Below, piece by piece: positions 19,036 to 30,505 of a stretch of DNA of 64,000 nucleotides. This DNA comes from Thermoprotei archaeon. Lineage in GTDB: Archaea; Thermoproteota; Thermoprotei_A; Marsarchaeales; Marsarchaeaceae. Numbering within the stretch: the first letter of the stretch is position 1; each line of letters starts with the position of its first letter. The stretch lies in NCBI GenBank assembly GCA_038884175.1, contig JAVZKQ010000001.1, positions 19,170 to 83,169 of the forward strand. The letters run 5' to 3'. Both the position numbers and the translations under genes were made by a program. The notes beneath the pieces are model-generated. The model was not told where the DNA came from. It made no database searches and saw nothing but the letters and a program-made list of their open reading frames with translations.

Positions 19036-22000
19036 CTAGGAAGGCTCGGGTAACCTCTGCACCTCATGTAAGAGCCTTAGGGCTTCCTCTATTGCTTTTT
19101 CCAACTGTGTGTCCACCCCTTTGGCATAGTCTTGAGGCTTGTTTTCAACCCATAGGGTGGGCTCGGTGCCCCAGTTCTCAATACCCCAACCCACATCTTT
19201 AAACCAGAACGCGAATTGTGGCTGGGTTACGAACGTGCCATCCACAAGCCTTACACGGGGGTTTATACCCACCACCCCACCCCACGTACGCCTACCGATA
19301 AGAGGTCCTAGTCCCAACAGTTTAAAACCGTGGCTGAATATGTCCCCGTCTGACCCAGCCTGTTCGTTGGTTATTGCCACTATTGGTCCGTTAACAGAGT
19401 AGGGTGGGTAGGGATATGGTTTGCCTCTCCTCGGTTTGTCGTAGCCAATTCTACGTCTTGCGAGCTTTTCGAGTATTAGATGGGAGACGTGTCCCCCACC
19501 GTTGTAGCGTACATCCACTATGAGGGCGTCATACGTCGATTCTAGTGGGTATAGTCTGTGGAACTCTGCGTAGCCGAACGGCCCCATGTCGGGGATATGG
19601 ATGTATCCAACCTTACCGCCACTCTTTTCGTGCACATACCTCCTGTTAGCTTCAACCCAGCTCCTATAGATTAGAGTCTTCTCGTTTCTCAACGTTGTAA
19701 CAGTGACGCTTCTTGTTTCACCCTGTTTGGTTTTTATTTGTAGTACCACCTGTTCGCCCGCCCTGTTTAATAGTAGCTGGTTGGGAGTCGTGTACCTATC
19801 AAGCCTTTTGCCGTCTATGCTAAGTATTGTGTCACCAACATTAACATTGACGCCCGCTGTGAGTAGAGGGGACTTTTCACCTTCGTTTGATGGGTCGCCC
19901 AAGAACAGGTTCTTTATCACGTAGCCTTCACCGTTGAATTCGAGTTCGGCGCCGAGCCCGCCTACTGGGTAGACCTTCTGCTCACCGTAGTCGCCACCGA
20001 TCTCATATGCGTGGGAGGTGCCCATCTCCCCCTGCATCTCCCTAATCACATCTGAGAGTTCAAATCTCGTGTTCACCCTGTTAAGCAACCTAGCGTAGCG
20101 TTCGTATATCGCCTCCCAATCCACACCAGCAAGATCCTCCCTCCAATAGTTTTCACGCATAAGTCTCCACGTCTCCCTTAACATCTGGCTCCACTCTTTT
20201 TCCGGATCAACCAAAACCTTTATCCTGGCGAGGTTTATCCACCCCGTTCTGGGCCCTGGCTCCTTGCCCCTATCCTCGGGTTTCTGGTCCACTTTAACAT
20301 ACCTGTAGGCGTCACCAACCTTGACGATAATTGCCTCACGTGTCGTGGAAGGCTCAAAGTCGGTTACACCCTGCATGAACACGTCCTTTGCGAGGTCCAC
20401 TAGGCTATAGGCTTCGATTGTGGCATTGGTAGGGGTAGCGGTTGACCAAAGCCATGTGCTCATCGCCCCCTCAACTGGATGGGATAATAGAAGCACTTTT
20501 CCCTTGGCGCCCACTATCTTGGAGTAGTTCCCCTCCTCGACTGGGAATGGTTCGACGCGTAGTTCTATACCCTTCAAGTCAATTTCACCGTCGGTTTCTT
20601 TGTGCGAGTCGGATTCGTATGACGGCGTCCTATTGAATGGGGAAGGCGTGGATGCCTTAAGTGTCACAAGGAAGGGCTTAACTGGTTTGGGGAAACCAAG
20701 GTCGAAAACAACCCTATCATACACTGGGTCGAGGTGTCTAGATGAGAGATAGTAGAGGTATTTCCCCTCGGGGTCAAAGCTCGGTGAAAAGTCGTGCGAT
20801 GTTGGGGTGGACACGCGCACGGGGTTCATAGAGTCCACACCAACAATCCTGATGCTTGTTGCTTCGTGGTTCTCAGGAAACGAGTACGCGAGCCACTTGC
20901 CGCTCGGGTGCCAGTCTAATCCACTTATAACCCCATACTCGCTTCTATCCAAGAGTTTAGCATCGCCGCTTTCAAGGTTGATGAGCCATAACTCGAACCT
21001 GTTGTTTGCGAGCGCCGCAAGCGCTCCGTTTGGGGATGCTTTGAGCTCTTCAACTAAGCCAAAGTCGTGGTCGAAAACCTTCTTACCGCCATCCCTAAGA
21101 GTGTACAACTCAAGGCGCTCTTCGCCGCTTTGGTCGGATACCACCAGCAACCTGAGACCGTCAGCCGTAAACTGCGCGTGCCTATACCTCGCGCCGTCTG
21201 GTTCTCCGACTTGGATGGGAGCACCCTCCCAGTTACCCATCACGAAGGGTTTACCTCTCACTGTAAACACACTAATGGGGTTTTGTGGGTGTGGTCTGTA
21301 TTCTTCCACGAACTTTGAGACCTCAACAAACTTAGGCTCCTTCTGCCTCATAGGTGAGGGGACATCCACCTCAAGCTTAGACTCAATCCCACTTAGGGGG
21401 TCAAGAAGATAGAGCTCACCCCCACACTGGTAAACTATTCTTCTACCATCACTCCTAGCGTTCCTCACATAATACACACCCTGATTGGTGTGCTTCCTAA
21501 GATCTCTTCCCTCCGCGTTAACCGAGTAAACATTGCCGATGCCTTCATGGTCGGACACAAAGTAAAACCTGTCGCCAACCCACATAGGCGAATTCAAGTT
21601 GCCTTCAAGATCAAAAAATTTTTCAAAAACTCCCCTGTTACCCCTATCAATCCAGAATTCGCCTTTTGTCCCACCCCTATACCTCTTCCAGTGGGGTAGA
21701 TCCACGGTATTCCTACCCAACAACGTGCCAATGGGCGTCAAAAGCAGTGATGTGGCTGGACCGTAGGGTAAACGCACAGGTTCTCCACCCCTAGGATCCA
21801 CGATGAAAAGCTCCCTCCACGACCTGAAGGGCCTATTGTAATCGCTACACACTATGAGCCTGCCGTCAGCCGACCATCCCACAACATCTGTGTACTGTGA
21901 GCCAAAATAGGTGAGTCTCCTAGCCCTCCCACCATTGATGCTTACTATGTAAGCCTCCGATACATTTTGTCCACCAATCACCGAGCCCCTGAAGGCGACG

Positions 22001-22161
22001 CTTTGGCCGTCAGGTGAAATGCGAGGCGAACCCACTACACCGAAACCCACCGTCAACCTGACAGGTGTATCGTCTCCAAGTCGCAGAAGCCAAAGGTCGT
22101 CATCGGACACAAAGACAACGATGTCACCCAAAATATCCGGTTGGGAAATGTATGCCTTCAT
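19036..22161 (-). CDS. tri: tricorn protease (S41)
   Basis: 1041 aa; WKRYRGG, beta-propeller-type repeats, TSHAYE, PDZ-like region, DVRYNGGG, catalytic AGSDGD, TWGGVVGI. Confidence 0.93.
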   Translation of the reverse strand: MKAYISQPDILGDIVVFVSDDDLWLLRLGDDTPVRLTVGFGVVGSPRISPDGQSVAFRGSVIGGQNVSEAYIVSINGGRARRLTYFGSQYTDVVGWSADGRLIVCSDYNRPFRSWRELFIVDPRGGEPVRLPYGPATSLLLTPIGTLLGRNTVDLPHWKRYRGGTKGEFWIDRGNRGVFEKFFDLEGNLNSPMWVGDRFYFVSDHEGIGNVYSVNAEGRDLRKHTNQGVYYVRNARSDGRRIVYQCGGELYLLDPLSGIESKLEVDVPSPMRQKEPKFVEVSKFVEEYRPHPQNPISVFTVRGKPFVMGNWEGAPIQVGEPDGARYRHAQFTADGLRLLVVSDQSGEERLELYTLRDGGKKVFDHDFGLVEELKASPNGALAALANNRFELWLINLESGDAKLLDRSEYGVISGLDWHPSGKWLAYSFPENHEATSIRIVGVDSMNPVRVSTPTSHDFSPSFDPEGKYLYYLSSRHLDPVYDRVVFDLGFPKPVKPFLVTLKASTPSPFNRTPSYESDSHKETDGEIDLKGIELRVEPFPVEEGNYSKIVGAKGKVLLLSHPVEGAMSTWLWSTATPTNATIEAYSLVDLAKDVFMQGVTDFEPSTTREAIIVKVGDAYRYVKVDQKPEDRGKEPGPRTGWINLARIKVLVDPEKEWSQMLRETWRLMRENYWREDLAGVDWEAIYERYARLLNRVNTRFELSDVIREMQGEMGTSHAYEIGGDYGEQKVYPVGGLGAELEFNGEGYVIKNLFLGDPSNEGEKSPLLTAGVNVNVGDTILSIDGKRLDRYTTPNQLLLNRAGEQVVLQIKTKQGETRSVTVTTLRNEKTLIYRSWVEANRRYVHEKSGGKVGYIHIPDMGPFGYAEFHRLYPLESTYDALIVDVRYNGGGHVSHLILEKLARRRIGYDKPRRGKPYPYPPYSVNGPIVAITNEQAGSDGDIFSHGFKLLGLGPLIGRRTWGGVVGINPRVRLVDGTFVTQPQFAFWFKDVGWGIENWGTEPTLWVENKPQDYAKGVDTQLEKAIEEALRLLHEVQRLPEPS

Positions 22162-22365
22162 AATGACCTAATTTAAAAAGAATTAATAAAGGTTTGTTTT
22201 CTTGCGTTTTAAATATAAGTCCCTTAAATCGCCCTTGTCTGAGATATGCTTCCTATTTTTGTGGTTTTCCCACTAAAAGTCTAGCGCTCGAGTTTTGCGG
22301 CGTATTGCTAATCCAGCCAAGCATTTATAAAAAGCTTAATAAGTCACTTATAGAATTATTGTCAT

Positions 22366-23700
22366 ATGTTCGAAGTAAGCTCGCGCGTTGATGCGGCCAA
22401 GTGGGGCAGGCCTCACTGGGCGATATTTGCGTCCACGAGTATCGGCTATCTTATGTGGGGGGTGATAGGAAGCCTAGCCTACCTGTTTTACCCCAGCGTT
22501 AACGCTGTTTGGTTTCTGGTTGCCCCCGTGATTGGCCAACTTGTGGGGGACTTGGGTTTGTCTTATCTATCCGATAGACGACTTGGCAGAAAGACGGCAT
22601 TCTACGTTACAATGATGCTTTATGGTGTAGGGTCGCTCATAATAGTGTTGTCGACGGCTCTGATCTCTTCAGCCCCATACACCCCCTACCTGATCACGTT
22701 GGGGATAGTTTTGGGTGAAATAGGGGTTGAAGGTGAGGTTCCTGTCTCACTCTCCTACCAAGCGGAAACGATGCCCCTCCGTGAGCGTGAAAAAATACTT
22801 GTTCTAACACCCAACTTTGATAATGTGGGTGCGGCGCTAGCGGCCTTCGTTGGCTTCCTAGTTTATGGCGCCGTGGGCAGCCATTATGTGGAGTTGCAGG
22901 TGCTCGGTTATTTTGCTTTTGCACTCACAGTTATAGCGTTCGCGATTAGATATTTGGTGCCCGAGTCGGCGAGATGGTTGGCCCATGTTGGAAGGGTTGA
23001 AAAGGCAAAGGAGGTAACATCCCGCCTAGACACAGATGAGTACGCCACGCCCAAGCCGCTGAACAAAAGAACAAGTCTCTTTGGGAGGTACCTCCTACTA
23101 CTTGTGATAGGCATATCCCAGTATCTGACCTATGGCCTTATGGCATATGTTGTGGCGGACTACTACTTTAGCGGTAATACGGTGAACTTAGTGGTACTTA
23201 TTGCCAACGTTGCAGCGTCAGCCACAGGCTTCATAATCCCCCTCTTTATCACTAAGGTATCGATGAGGAAGTATGGATTCGGGGTTTATTTGGGTGGAAC
23301 CCTCAGCATGATTCCCATATTCTTCACAGTTGACACACTCGGTTCAAACATTGAGCTCTTCTATCTATTCCTCGCAATGAATATGGCGTTCAGCGAAATG
23401 GCGTGGTCTGTGCGTACAGTGCTCGAACCACTACTTATGCCCACGAGAATTAGAGCTTTCATGATTGGGCTCATCAGACTAGGCCCAATAATTGGGTACA
23501 CAGCGTCACTATACCTCACATCAACACTGGGCTTGCACCAATTCGTCGAGTACAATTTGGCGCTTTGGGCTGTCGGGGCGCTTGCAATGCTCTACTGGCT
23601 CATTAAGGGGTACGATGTTCATGGTGTGAGCCTAGAGGACACAGCTGGAGAAGGTTTAAGCGTAAAAGAGAGTGTGCGCTCACCAAGTGGAAGCAAGTAA
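22366..23700 (+). CDS. MFS transporter
   Basis: About 12 TM, LSDRRLGRK, PESARWL. Confidence 0.88.
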   Translation: MFEVSSRVDAAKWGRPHWAIFASTSIGYLMWGVIGSLAYLFYPSVNAVWFLVAPVIGQLVGDLGLSYLSDRRLGRKTAFYVTMMLYGVGSLIIVLSTALISSAPYTPYLITLGIVLGEIGVEGEVPVSLSYQAETMPLREREKILVLTPNFDNVGAALAAFVGFLVYGAVGSHYVELQVLGYFAFALTVIAFAIRYLVPESARWLAHVGRVEKAKEVTSRLDTDEYATPKPLNKRTSLFGRYLLLLVIGISQYLTYGLMAYVVADYYFSGNTVNLVVLIANVAASATGFIIPLFITKVSMRKYGFGVYLGGTLSMIPIFFTVDTLGSNIELFYLFLAMNMAFSEMAWSVRTVLEPLLMPTRIRAFMIGLIRLGPIIGYTASLYLTSTLGLHQFVEYNLALWAVGALAMLYWLIKGYDVHGVSLEDTAGEGLSVKESVRSPSGSK

Positions 23701-23704
23701 GCGA

Positions 23705-23724
23705 CTCGCGCCACGGCGTGCGAG
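23705..23724. terminator. GC-rich hairpin between convergent genes
   Basis: CTCGCGCC-AC-GGCGTGCGAG imperfect inverted repeat in the 40-bp gap. Confidence 0.3.
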
Positions 23725-23740
23725 GTTGCTCCACGGCCGC

Positions 23741-24217
23741 CTAGCTATATCCCTGTTCTTTGAGTAGCTGGAGTAAGCCTCCTGGGTAAAGTGGTTGTTT
23801 GTCCTGTGCGAGTTTGCTTAGTGGTATCCATTTGGCCGTCATCTTAGAGGCCCCCTCCACGAACTCTAGGCGTCCTTTTGAGTATACCGACTCATCTGGG
23901 AACACGCCGTCGTACACAAAGTCCACTTCGTGCTGTTGCACACCGTTGTAAACAAAGATGTTTTCGAGCACTCCGAGAAACCTAACATCCTCAACCACCG
24001 TGTGGGTTTCTTCTAATAACTCTCTTTTAAGCGCCTGCACAGAGTACTCTCCGAACTCTATTTTACCTCCAAGCGGTCTATAGAAGGCTTGCTTCTTGAC
24101 GTAGTCAAACCTCTCATATACAAGTATTGCCTTCTGATGTGAGAATAAGCAGAACGCCTTAAGGGTGATGACGCCCTTAGAGCCCACTTGCGAGCCGTCC
24201 AAGTATGTGCACCTCAC
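23741..24217 (-). CDS. NUDIX hydrolase
   Basis: GGKIEFGE...[10 protein letters not shown]; 4-bp overlap with the upstream gene. Confidence 0.85.
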   Translation of the reverse strand: MRCTYLDGSQVGSKGVITLKAFCLFSHQKAILVYERFDYVKKQAFYRPLGGKIEFGEYSVQALKRELLEETHTVVEDVRFLGVLENIFVYNGVQQHEVDFVYDGVFPDESVYSKGRLEFVEGASKMTAKWIPLSKLAQDKQPLYPGGLLQLLKEQGYS

Positions 24218-26313
24218 ACTCCAATCTCCCTTAAAGCCTCTTCAACATTATCCGTCGGCTTATTACAGCTAAAATTGGAGCAAACATATATGAGTGGCCC
24301 ATTCCCACCAGCGTGCATGTCTTGGGTATATCCGCATAGCTCAACTATTTCCCTGTCTTGCGGCTCCCTTAGAAGTATTACGCAGTTTGGAGCAAACCTT
24401 GCTCTCAGGCTTCCTAGGAGTGTGCGCACAGTGTGCGAGCCACGCTCTCCGGCTATTACGACCTCGTGCGAAGGTCCGAGCGCGAAGTCTAACGCGCAGA
24501 GTAGTTGGGTAAAGCCTTCGGGGTTGGCTTCAAGCTGTGCACCCACACCCTCTAAGAGGGTGTTCGCCTTAACCTCATATGAAGTGTTGCCAGTCAACTT
24601 AGAAAGCCTTAGCAGGTTGGATAGCGCCACCGAGTTACCAGATGGTACAGCACCATCATAATACTCCTTTGGGCGTACAAGATTGTGCTCAGAGTTGTCA
24701 GCGGTCAAATAGAATCCTCCCCCAGCACTATCCCAGAAGTGTGTGAGCATATACTCGTTTAGCCTCACGGCCTGTTTGAGATACTCGGTCTTGAATGTAG
24801 CCTGGTAGAGTTCGATTAACCCCCAGACCATAAATGCATAGTCGTTGAGAAATCCTTCCCCATAGGCCGCGCCCCCCGCGTAGACATGGTAGAGGCCGCC
24901 GCGCGCGGACGCCATATTGTTGAGTACAAAGCAAGCCGCACGCTCAGCTATATCCAAGTATTTGTTAGAGCCCAGAGCCGAAGAGCCTCTTGCTAGGGCG
25001 GCAACCATGAACCCATTCATATCGGCTAGGATTTTCTCATCCCTGTGAGGTCTAACACGCCTACTTCTTGCTTCTAATAGGGTCTTTCTTGCAGCCTCAA
25101 GTTCTGCGCGGATGCGGTCTGGCTCAAGCCCCTTCCGAGCGGCGAACTCCTCCAAACTCATCTCGGCGTGCAAAATGTTAGCTCCCTCCAAGTTCTCCGC
25201 GTTCTTAAGGTTTCCTTCTTCGCTTATGTGGTAGTACTCTTTAAACAGCTTTAACTGGCTTTCAGGCAGGATTGAAGAGAGCTCTCTCCAGCTCCAAAGG
25301 TAAAATTTCCCTTCAACACCTTCACTATCTGCGTCAAGCGCCGTGTAGAACCCGCCAACATCAGAGAGTAGCTCCCTACAAACAAACTCGAACAGTTCGC
25401 GCGTTACGTCAATGTAGAATTTTTTACCTGTAGATTGGAATGCCTCTGTGTACACTAGACTAGCAGCGGCTTGATCATAGAGCATTTTTTCAAAGTGTGG
25501 CATCATCCACCTCTGGTCTGTTGAGTATCTGTGAAGTCCGAAGCCAACTTGATCATATATTCCGCTGCACCTCACACGTTGAAGCGTTTTCTCAACCATG
25601 AATAACGCTCCCTTATCAATATACCTCTTATAGTAGCGTAGAAGGAATGATAATCTGTGGGGCATTAGGAACTTGGGTTGTAAGCCGAATCCTCCGTGCG
25701 CCTCGTCAAACTCCTCGTACAAACGTGTGTACGCATCTTTAAGCGTCCACTCACCCACACGTCCACCCACACGCGTGTTAGAGGACGACCTGAGCGCGGC
25801 CGTAATATTCTCAGCCGCCTCAACCGCTTCTCTACGCCTGTTCAACCACAAATCCCTTATTTTGGGTATGAGCTCTTTGAGCCCGATCATCCCAAACCTA
25901 CTGTCTTTTGGAATATACGTGGCTGCAAAGAATGGCTTCCTGTCGGGTGTCATCACTATTGTAAGAGGCCACCCTCCACTACCAGTCATAAGTTGACAAA
26001 CATTCATGTATACCGCGTCGATATCTGGCCTCTCCTCTCTGTCGACCTTAATACACACAAAGGCGTCGTTAAGAAGCTTCGCCACCTCCACGTCCTCGAA
26101 AGACTCTTCAGCCATCACATGGCACCAGTGGCATGTGCTGTAACCTATCGAGAGAAAGATGGGTTTATCTTCCCTCTTAGCCTTCTCGAACGCTTCTTCA
26201 CACCACGGATACCAATCAACAGGGTTGTAGGCGTGTTGAAGGAGATAGGGGCTTCTCTCTTTGATAAGCCTGTTGGGAGTGTGCCCAAAGTTAGAGCTCA
26301 AAGTTAAACACAT
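24214..26313 (-). CDS. YyaL/SSP411 (DUF255) thioredoxin-domain protein
   Basis: [58 protein letters not shown]. Confidence 0.93.
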   Translation of the reverse strand: MCLTLSSNFGHTPNRLIKERSPYLLQHAYNPVDWYPWCEEAFEKAKREDKPIFLSIGYSTCHWCHVMAEESFEDVEVAKLLNDAFVCIKVDREERPDIDAVYMNVCQLMTGSGGWPLTIVMTPDRKPFFAATYIPKDSRFGMIGLKELIPKIRDLWLNRRREAVEAAENITAALRSSSNTRVGGRVGEWTLKDAYTRLYEEFDEAHGGFGLQPKFLMPHRLSFLLRYYKRYIDKGALFMVEKTLQRVRCSGIYDQVGFGLHRYSTDQRWMMPHFEKMLYDQAAASLVYTEAFQSTGKKFYIDVTRELFEFVCRELLSDVGGFYTALDADSEGVEGKFYLWSWRELSSILPESQLKLFKEYYHISEEGNLKNAENLEGANILHAEMSLEEFAARKGLEPDRIRAELEAARKTLLEARSRRVRPHRDEKILADMNGFMVAALARGSSALGSNKYLDIAERAACFVLNNMASARGGLYHVYAGGAAYGEGFLNDYAFMVWGLIELYQATFKTEYLKQAVRLNEYMLTHFWDSAGGGFYLTADNSEHNLVRPKEYYDGAVPSGNSVALSNLLRLSKLTGNTSYEVKANTLLEGVGAQLEANPEGFTQLLCALDFALGPSHEVVIAGERGSHTVRTLLGSLRARFAPNCVILLREPQDREIVELCGYTQDMHAGGNGPLIYVCSNFSCNKPTDNVEEALREIGV

Positions 26314-26811
26314 TTAACTACGTTCAACGCGAAATTAAACCTAACTACACTCAAACAAATTAGAGGTGTTGGAAGCAAAGTTTTTTTCGGTTGAGTGAGT
26401 TTTAAATGGTGATGGGGATCAAACACAAAATAGAACGCACTGTTTTATAGAATATTCGAGGTGCTGGACTAAGCTGGACTATACCAATTCTACGCTCAGT
26501 GTACGATCTCGCTCCTTCGAGTAAATCACACGCTTATTGAAGGGATCAAAAAATATTTGGGTGTAATCCATAACACGCAATCGGCTAACTGCCACCAATA
26601 CGCTAGATCCCAGAGAGCCACTCAAGTTTTTCGTGGTCAAAAATGGTGGCGCAGCCACCTTCTCTAATAGCTTTCAAATGTTCCCTGAGTTTTTGTTAAC
26701 AGGTCTGTGAATACCATTAGGTTGAGTGGATGGTTGAAGAGCCCAAGCTATGGTTTTCGTTAGCTAGAATGACCAAAAAACTATTAGGTTTAAGATGGTA
26801 AGTTTAGGTAT

Positions 26812-28500
26812 ATGCCCACCGTTTTTTTCTGTGTGTTTTTAAACGCTTCTAATAGTCTTCAGACTGTTCAGTTTGGTGCGATAGAGCAGGTGGGCGCAAT
26901 AGTTTTTATCGGTGTGGTTTCAGCGAGGCTTGCTAAGACTTTCCGGATACCAATGCTGATACCTCTCCTCGTCACTGGACTAGTTCTCGGGCCTGCTGGC
27001 TTCGGATTCATTCGGCCCGGCGACTTCGGCATATCTCTTACGGGTGTTGCCTTTGTGATTATCCCACTCTATCTTTTCGCCGAAGGTTTATCGATGGATG
27101 TTACAGAGATACGTAGTGCTGGCCTTGTTGTTGGCTTGCTAATAACGATTGGTGTTGTGATAACCGCCTTGGGCGTGATGCTCGTATCACGCTTTATTTT
27201 GGGACTGCCTCTCCTTGTAGCGTTGCTTCTCGGCTCAATTGTGAGTAGCACTGACCCCTCAGCCGTAATACCCTTACTTGAAGGGAGTAAAATCAATCGA
27301 AAGGTGGTTTCGATACTCAAGGCAGAATCAGCTCTCAATGACCCCACATCAATAGTACTGTTCACTGTTACCCTAAGTCTAATTGAGAACCCGAACTCAG
27401 TGACAGATGCGGGTGTTGTGGCTAACTTTGCCCGCCTTATGCTTGGAGGCTTGTTGGTTGGCGTGCTTTTCGGCTATACTAGCGTAGCCTTAACAGAGCG
27501 CTTTGAACTGTACGAACAGCTTAATTATGTCACGGTGATCACGTTTATAGCCGCCTACATTGTTGCTGGATACTTCAACACAAGCAGTGTGGTGGCCTCC
27601 GTTGTATCTGGACTAATCGTTGGAAGCGAGCTCAAAAGGCTCGGTCTCACACCGCAGATACGTCGGAACCTCAACTATTTTTGGGATAATATTAAATTCG
27701 TGTCGGAGGTAACAATATTCCTCTTATTCGGCCTATACACGACTAGGGCTGTTTTCGGTCTACACACTCTGCTTGAAGGTTTAGCGATCACCCTCCCCCT
27801 GATCTTCTTGATCCGACCCGCGGCTGTATTTGTCTCTGCGATTAGGGGTTTAAAGAGAAATGAAAAGTTTTTCGTGTCTTGGATTGGTGTTAGGGGATCG
27901 GTGGCTGCGGCGCTAGCGGCAGCAACAGTTGGTATAGCTTCAGCGCTACCCACCCTCTCTCCGTACGCGCAAACCATTTTTTCCGTGGTGCTATTCATGG
28001 TTATATTCACGATAGTTGTGGTCGCATTCACAGCGCCGCGAGTGGCAAGCCTTCTTGGTGTTGAGGCTGTCGACAGGCTTGACGAGTATAGATCAATTAG
28101 AGCCAGACAGTTAGCGCTGATCTCAGCTCTGAGAAGCCTTGATGAATCACGTTCGCGTGGTGAAATCTCAGACGGGGTATATAGGGATCTTAAGGGAGAA
28201 TATGAATCCAAGTTGAGTGTGATTCAGGCTAAAATACAGGAAATCGAGGAACAGCTCAAACTCAACACCGAGCAGCTACAGGTCTTAAGAAACAAGAGAC
28301 GCCTCATAGTTGAGCAGATTAGCACCCTTAACGAGTTTAGAAGGACGAGTGAGCTCTCGGACAAAGCTTACAACGAGATTATGGATGAGTTGGTGAACCA
28401 ACTAAACGATGTGGACGACAGGCTCACAAAGTTGATGGTTGGCGAAGGAGAAAAGGTAAAAGACACCGCGGAGGAAAAACATAGCCATAACTTAAGTTAG
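26812..28500 (+). CDS. CPA1 Na+(K+)/H+ antiporter with C-terminal helical extension
   Basis: SSTDPSAV, ESALNDP, IRP, GVRGSV; charged helical tail of about 150 aa. Confidence 0.88.
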   Translation: MPTVFFCVFLNASNSLQTVQFGAIEQVGAIVFIGVVSARLAKTFRIPMLIPLLVTGLVLGPAGFGFIRPGDFGISLTGVAFVIIPLYLFAEGLSMDVTEIRSAGLVVGLLITIGVVITALGVMLVSRFILGLPLLVALLLGSIVSSTDPSAVIPLLEGSKINRKVVSILKAESALNDPTSIVLFTVTLSLIENPNSVTDAGVVANFARLMLGGLLVGVLFGYTSVALTERFELYEQLNYVTVITFIAAYIVAGYFNTSSVVASVVSGLIVGSELKRLGLTPQIRRNLNYFWDNIKFVSEVTIFLLFGLYTTRAVFGLHTLLEGLAITLPLIFLIRPAAVFVSAIRGLKRNEKFFVSWIGVRGSVAAALAAATVGIASALPTLSPYAQTIFSVVLFMVIFTIVVVAFTAPRVASLLGVEAVDRLDEYRSIRARQLALISALRSLDESRSRGEISDGVYRDLKGEYESKLSVIQAKIQEIEEQLKLNTEQLQVLRNKRRLIVEQISTLNEFRRTSELSDKAYNEIMDELVNQLNDVDDRLTKLMVGEGEKVKDTAEEKHSHNLS

Positions 28501-28522
28501 GCGCCAGTTGTTGTAAGCCGAA

Positions 28523-29506
28523 ATGATTGAGGTCGATGGTTCAACTATGGAGGGTGGAGGCCAAATACTCAGGACTGCGGTATCCCTCTCAGCCGCAACA
28601 CGGTCACCCGTATTGGTGCACTCTATTAGGGCTAACAGGAAGCCCTCTGGGTTGAGACCCCAACACCTAGCCGCCATAAGAGCTGCTGCAGATGTGTGTT
28701 CAGCCAAACTTGAAGGCGCGCGTATCGGTTCTAGTCAAATAGTTTTTGAACCTCAGGATATAAAGGGCGGTGACTATGAGTTTGATGTGGGCACCGCGGG
28801 TAGTGTGACCTTGGTTTTGCAGACGCTGCTACCAATAATGGTGTTCTCTGGTCAGCGGTTTACCGTTAGGGTAAAGGGTGGGACAAATGTTATGAGCAGT
28901 CCTAGTGTGGACTACTTCGAACACATATTCCTCTTCCACCTTGCACAGTATGGTGCGCGTTGTGGTTTCAGGATTGTGCGAAGAGGGTTTTACCCGGTGG
29001 GTGGGGGTGAAGTCGAGCTAATTGTCAACCCATCGAGTATTGGGAGAGTGAGTCTGACCGAGAGGGGTGAAAATATTGGTTCGTTCGCCATATCCGGCGC
29101 ATCTAGGGATCTTCAAAAGGCGCGTGTAGCTGAGCGCCAACTCCAATATGTTGAGGCCGACGAGAAGAGAGTTGAGTATGTTGACACACCTTCAACGGGA
29201 AGCTATGTGTTTGTGGCGCGCACCTACTCCAAAACGCGTCATGGGTGTGATGCAGTAGGTCGGCGCGGGCTGAGAGCCGAGGAGGTGGGCAAATCCGCTT
29301 GGGGATGCCTTATACGCCAAGACGGCGTGTTAGACGAGTTTATGAGCGACCAGATAATACCATACATAGCCCTATTCGGGGGTAGGGCAATAATCGAGGG
29401 CACAACACACTCTAAAACCAACTTGTACGTGTGCTCACTCTTCCCAGTGCGCAACATTGCTGTGAGTGAGTTGGGAAATGGCGAGCTTCTATTAGAGGCG
29501 GACTAA
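28523..29506 (+). CDS. rtcA: RNA 3'-terminal phosphate cyclase
   Basis: EGGGQILR, GLRPQH, TAGSVTL, GGTNV, RGFYPVGGG, DQIIP, THSKTN. Confidence 0.93.
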   Translation: MIEVDGSTMEGGGQILRTAVSLSAATRSPVLVHSIRANRKPSGLRPQHLAAIRAAADVCSAKLEGARIGSSQIVFEPQDIKGGDYEFDVGTAGSVTLVLQTLLPIMVFSGQRFTVRVKGGTNVMSSPSVDYFEHIFLFHLAQYGARCGFRIVRRGFYPVGGGEVELIVNPSSIGRVSLTERGENIGSFAISGASRDLQKARVAERQLQYVEADEKRVEYVDTPSTGSYVFVARTYSKTRHGCDAVGRRGLRAEEVGKSAWGCLIRQDGVLDEFMSDQIIPYIALFGGRAIIEGTTHSKTNLYVCSLFPVRNIAVSELGNGELLLEAD

Positions 29507-29536
29507 TATGTCGAAACACTTTAGGGTGATTGTAAT

Positions 29537-30505
29537 ATGGATGAATTAAAGGTTCTGTTCGTATCAGACCTTCATGGCTCCGAGGTTGTGTATGGTAAGG
29601 TTGCGAATTCTGCGAGGTTCTATGGTGTGCCCAATGTCGTTGTGGGCGGGGATCTAACTGGTAAGCTACTTGTATCCATTGTAGACAAGGGTGGTGGTGA
29701 ATACGCATTAGAGTTTATGGGTGAAAAAATTGTTGTTGACTCCACAAAGCTCGAAGTGTATAAGAAGAAACTCAGGGAGGCAGGCCAATACTATAGGGTG
29801 CTTAGTAAAGACGAGTTCGAGGATGTGAGTGAAGACAAAAGTAAGGTAAAGACGTTATTCCTAGAAGAAATGAGGAGTACGTTGGCACTATTCTTGGAAA
29901 AGTGTGAGGAGAAGTTTAAACCAATAGGAGCTAAGCTCTACGTTATACCGGGAAACGACGACTACCCAGAGGTCGCCAGTTTCCTAAATACACTGGAGGG
30001 CCACACCATAAAAGTGTTCGATGAAAGGGTGGTAGAGTTCGGCGGCTACCAGTTAGCCGGCTTCGGTTATGCGAACCCCACCCCGTGGAACACTCCGCGG
30101 GAGCTCCCCGAAGACGAGATATACATTAGGCTCACACAAATCACCGCTAAAGCTGATGCGAGAACGCTAGTGGTGGTGGCCCACCCACCCCCCTACAACA
30201 CGCTGCTGGACCTCGCGCCCAAACTAAAAGACTTTAAGCCTGTTATGGTTGGGGGAGAAGTGGTCAAGGACCATGTGGGTAGCACATCTGTTAGGAGGTT
30301 GCTCGAGGAAAAAGCGCCACTCATAGGCCTCCACGGCCACATACACGAGTCCCCTGGGGCCGATAGATTGCACCCCACCGGCGAATCTTCGCGGAAAAAT
30401 GTACCAGTCTTCAATCCTGGAAGCGAATACAATATGGGTGTATTACGAGGGGTGTTGCTAAGCATAAGAGGGGAAAATCTGAGCTACATATTTACACGTG
30501 GGTAA
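29537..30505 (+). CDS. metallophosphoesterase (Icc-related)
   Basis: SDLHGS, GGDLTGK, GNDD, HPPPY, GLHGHIHES, NPGSEY. Confidence 0.88.
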   Translation: MDELKVLFVSDLHGSEVVYGKVANSARFYGVPNVVVGGDLTGKLLVSIVDKGGGEYALEFMGEKIVVDSTKLEVYKKKLREAGQYYRVLSKDEFEDVSEDKSKVKTLFLEEMRSTLALFLEKCEEKFKPIGAKLYVIPGNDDYPEVASFLNTLEGHTIKVFDERVVEFGGYQLAGFGYANPTPWNTPRELPEDEIYIRLTQITAKADARTLVVVAHPPPYNTLLDLAPKLKDFKPVMVGGEVVKDHVGSTSVRRLLEEKAPLIGLHGHIHESPGADRLHPTGESSRKNVPVFNPGSEYNMGVLRGVLLSIRGENLSYIFTRG

